The notes below the pieces were generated by a model. It made no database searches and was not told the origin of the DNA. It was given only the letters and a program-made list of their open reading frames with translations. Below, one piece after another: positions 42,005 to 42,779 of a stretch of 42,779 nucleotides of DNA. Numbering within the stretch: the stretch's first letter is position 1; each line of letters opens with the position of its first letter. The stretch comes from a virus. The position numbers and the translations under genes are program-made. The DNA lies in IMG/VR virus record IMGVR_UViG_3300045988_181578; one strand, given 5' to 3'.

Positions 42005-42779
42005 TTACCCGAAAAACTTTTTCAATTCACTGTTTCCATACTGCCCTTCCGTGATTTTAATAATTTCGGAAACAGTCATAGTTTCTTGAATTTTATCGCT
42101 GTTCGTTTCGACAAAATGACGTGTTCCCGCTTCGCAAGCACCCGTGATAACACGATACATTTTAATCGCTTCTTCTTTCGTCAAAACACTGTTTTTATGC
42201 AGATGCTTATACGCAGACGTATCGCGTTTGCCGATTTTGTACATCAAAGAAGCGCGTGCTTCTTCTATTGTTTCCCCGTGAGCGAATCTTTCGCCGTCAG
42301 TAACAATGAATTGAACTTTAAGACCGATTTTGACTTTCCAAACGTTCTTCTTTTGGGAAAGAACTTCGCAGAAAATTCCGTCAAAAATTCTATATTTGCC
42401 CCCTTTCCAAGACAAAAGATTTTCAATGTTGAAAGTCAATTTTTTGACTTTTTCTCTTTCTTTTTGAGTAATGCCCGTGCCGCACAAGTCCAGCGAACCG
42501 CCGACCGTCAGATTGTCGGGCAGTGACGTAATGCCCGTGCCGCTCAAGTTCAGCCAACCGCCGACCGTCAGATTGTTTGGCAGGGACGTAATTTTCGTGT
42601 CGCTCAAATCCAACGAACCGCCGACCGTCAGATTGTCGGGCAGGGACGTAATGCCCGTGTCGCTCAAATCAAACGAACCGCCGACCGTCAGATTGTCGGG
42701 CAGTGACGTAATGCCCGTGTCGCTCAAGTTCAGCCAACCGCCGACCGTCAGATTGTCGGGCAGGGACGTAATGCCCGTG
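42005..42779 (-). CDS. LRR protein, C-terminal part (LRR array plus about 160-aa non-repeat C-terminal domain); continues from the window start
   Basis: Track ORF 42005..42727 carries TSLPDNLTVGGSLDLSDTGI repeats. The frame stays open to the window edge. Confidence 0.6.
   Translation of the reverse strand, partial: TGITSLPDNLTVGGWLNLSDTGITSLPDNLTVGGSFDLSDTGITSLPDNLTVGGSLDLSDTKITSLPNNLTVGGWLNLSGTGITSLPDNLTVGGSLDLCGTGITQKEREKVKKLTFNIENLLSWKGGKYRIFDGIFCEVLSQKKNVWKVKIGLKVQFIVTDGERFAHGETIEEARASLMYKIGKRDTSAYKHLHKNSVLTKEEAIKMYRVITGACEAGTRHFVETNSDKIQETMTVSEIIKITEGQYGNSELKKFFG
42480..42779. repeat. 60-bp tandem repeats (5 copies), the same family as at 1-277
   Basis: Units are identical or near-identical to the window-start array. 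Confidence 0.9.

Noticed and set aside
1-42779. CRISPR array, tRNA genes, intact integrase
   Set aside because: The only regular repeats are in-frame coding LRR units with no spacers. No cloverleaf-compatible T-loop/acceptor patterns were found in non-coding stretches. The only integrase-like sequence is the decayed serine-recombinase remnant.

Overview
The window reads as a complete or near-complete ~42.8 kb dsDNA tailed-phage genome with a contractile tail and a P2/Mu-like baseplate. Both window ends lie inside the same 60-bp in-frame tandem repeat array of one minus-strand leucine-rich-repeat (LRR) gene, so the contig is probably circular or circularly permuted and that gene spans the ends. 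Layout: (i) a minus-strand early/replication-recombination module from about 10.7 kb down to 1.1 kb (RecT, an HNH plus YqaJ-like exonuclease fusion, RusA, a replisome organiser, DnaB-like helicase, PAPS-reductase-like, MazG-like and glutaredoxin-like genes, many joined by ATGA stop/start overlaps), with a small plus-strand HTH gene and a GapR/DUF2312-like gene convergent with it; (ii) a 1.4 kb low-complexity non-coding switch region (10.66-12.03 kb) with iteron-like repeats and two tandem terminators; (iii) a plus-strand late operon (Dps-like protein, TerS, TerL, portal, protease/scaffold, capsid, connector proteins, sheath, two tube paralogs, chaperone with a candidate -1 frameshift, tape measure, baseplate spike); (iv) a Gin/Cin/Min-like multiple DNA-inversion system: a serine invertase gene followed by four tail-fibre C-terminal cassettes with four copies of a conserved about 19-bp crossover core, and the W-J-I-H baseplate/fibre operon lying between two of the sites; (v) a lysis cassette (membrane proteins plus M15 peptidase); (vi) a minus-strand accessory/anti-restriction region (two YopX, XRE-like HTH, an HsdM-like and a small MTase-like protein that both lack motif IV, an MT-A70 methyltransferase, Lar-like protein, a decayed serine-recombinase remnant, a 0.5 kb structured non-coding stretch) ending in the LRR gene. 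The most unusual point is that the invertase only gains its HTH domain through a -1 shift at a canonical A_AAA_AAG heptamer. No intact integrase, tRNA or CRISPR array is seen. Hand-derived coordinates may be off by 1-2 nt.
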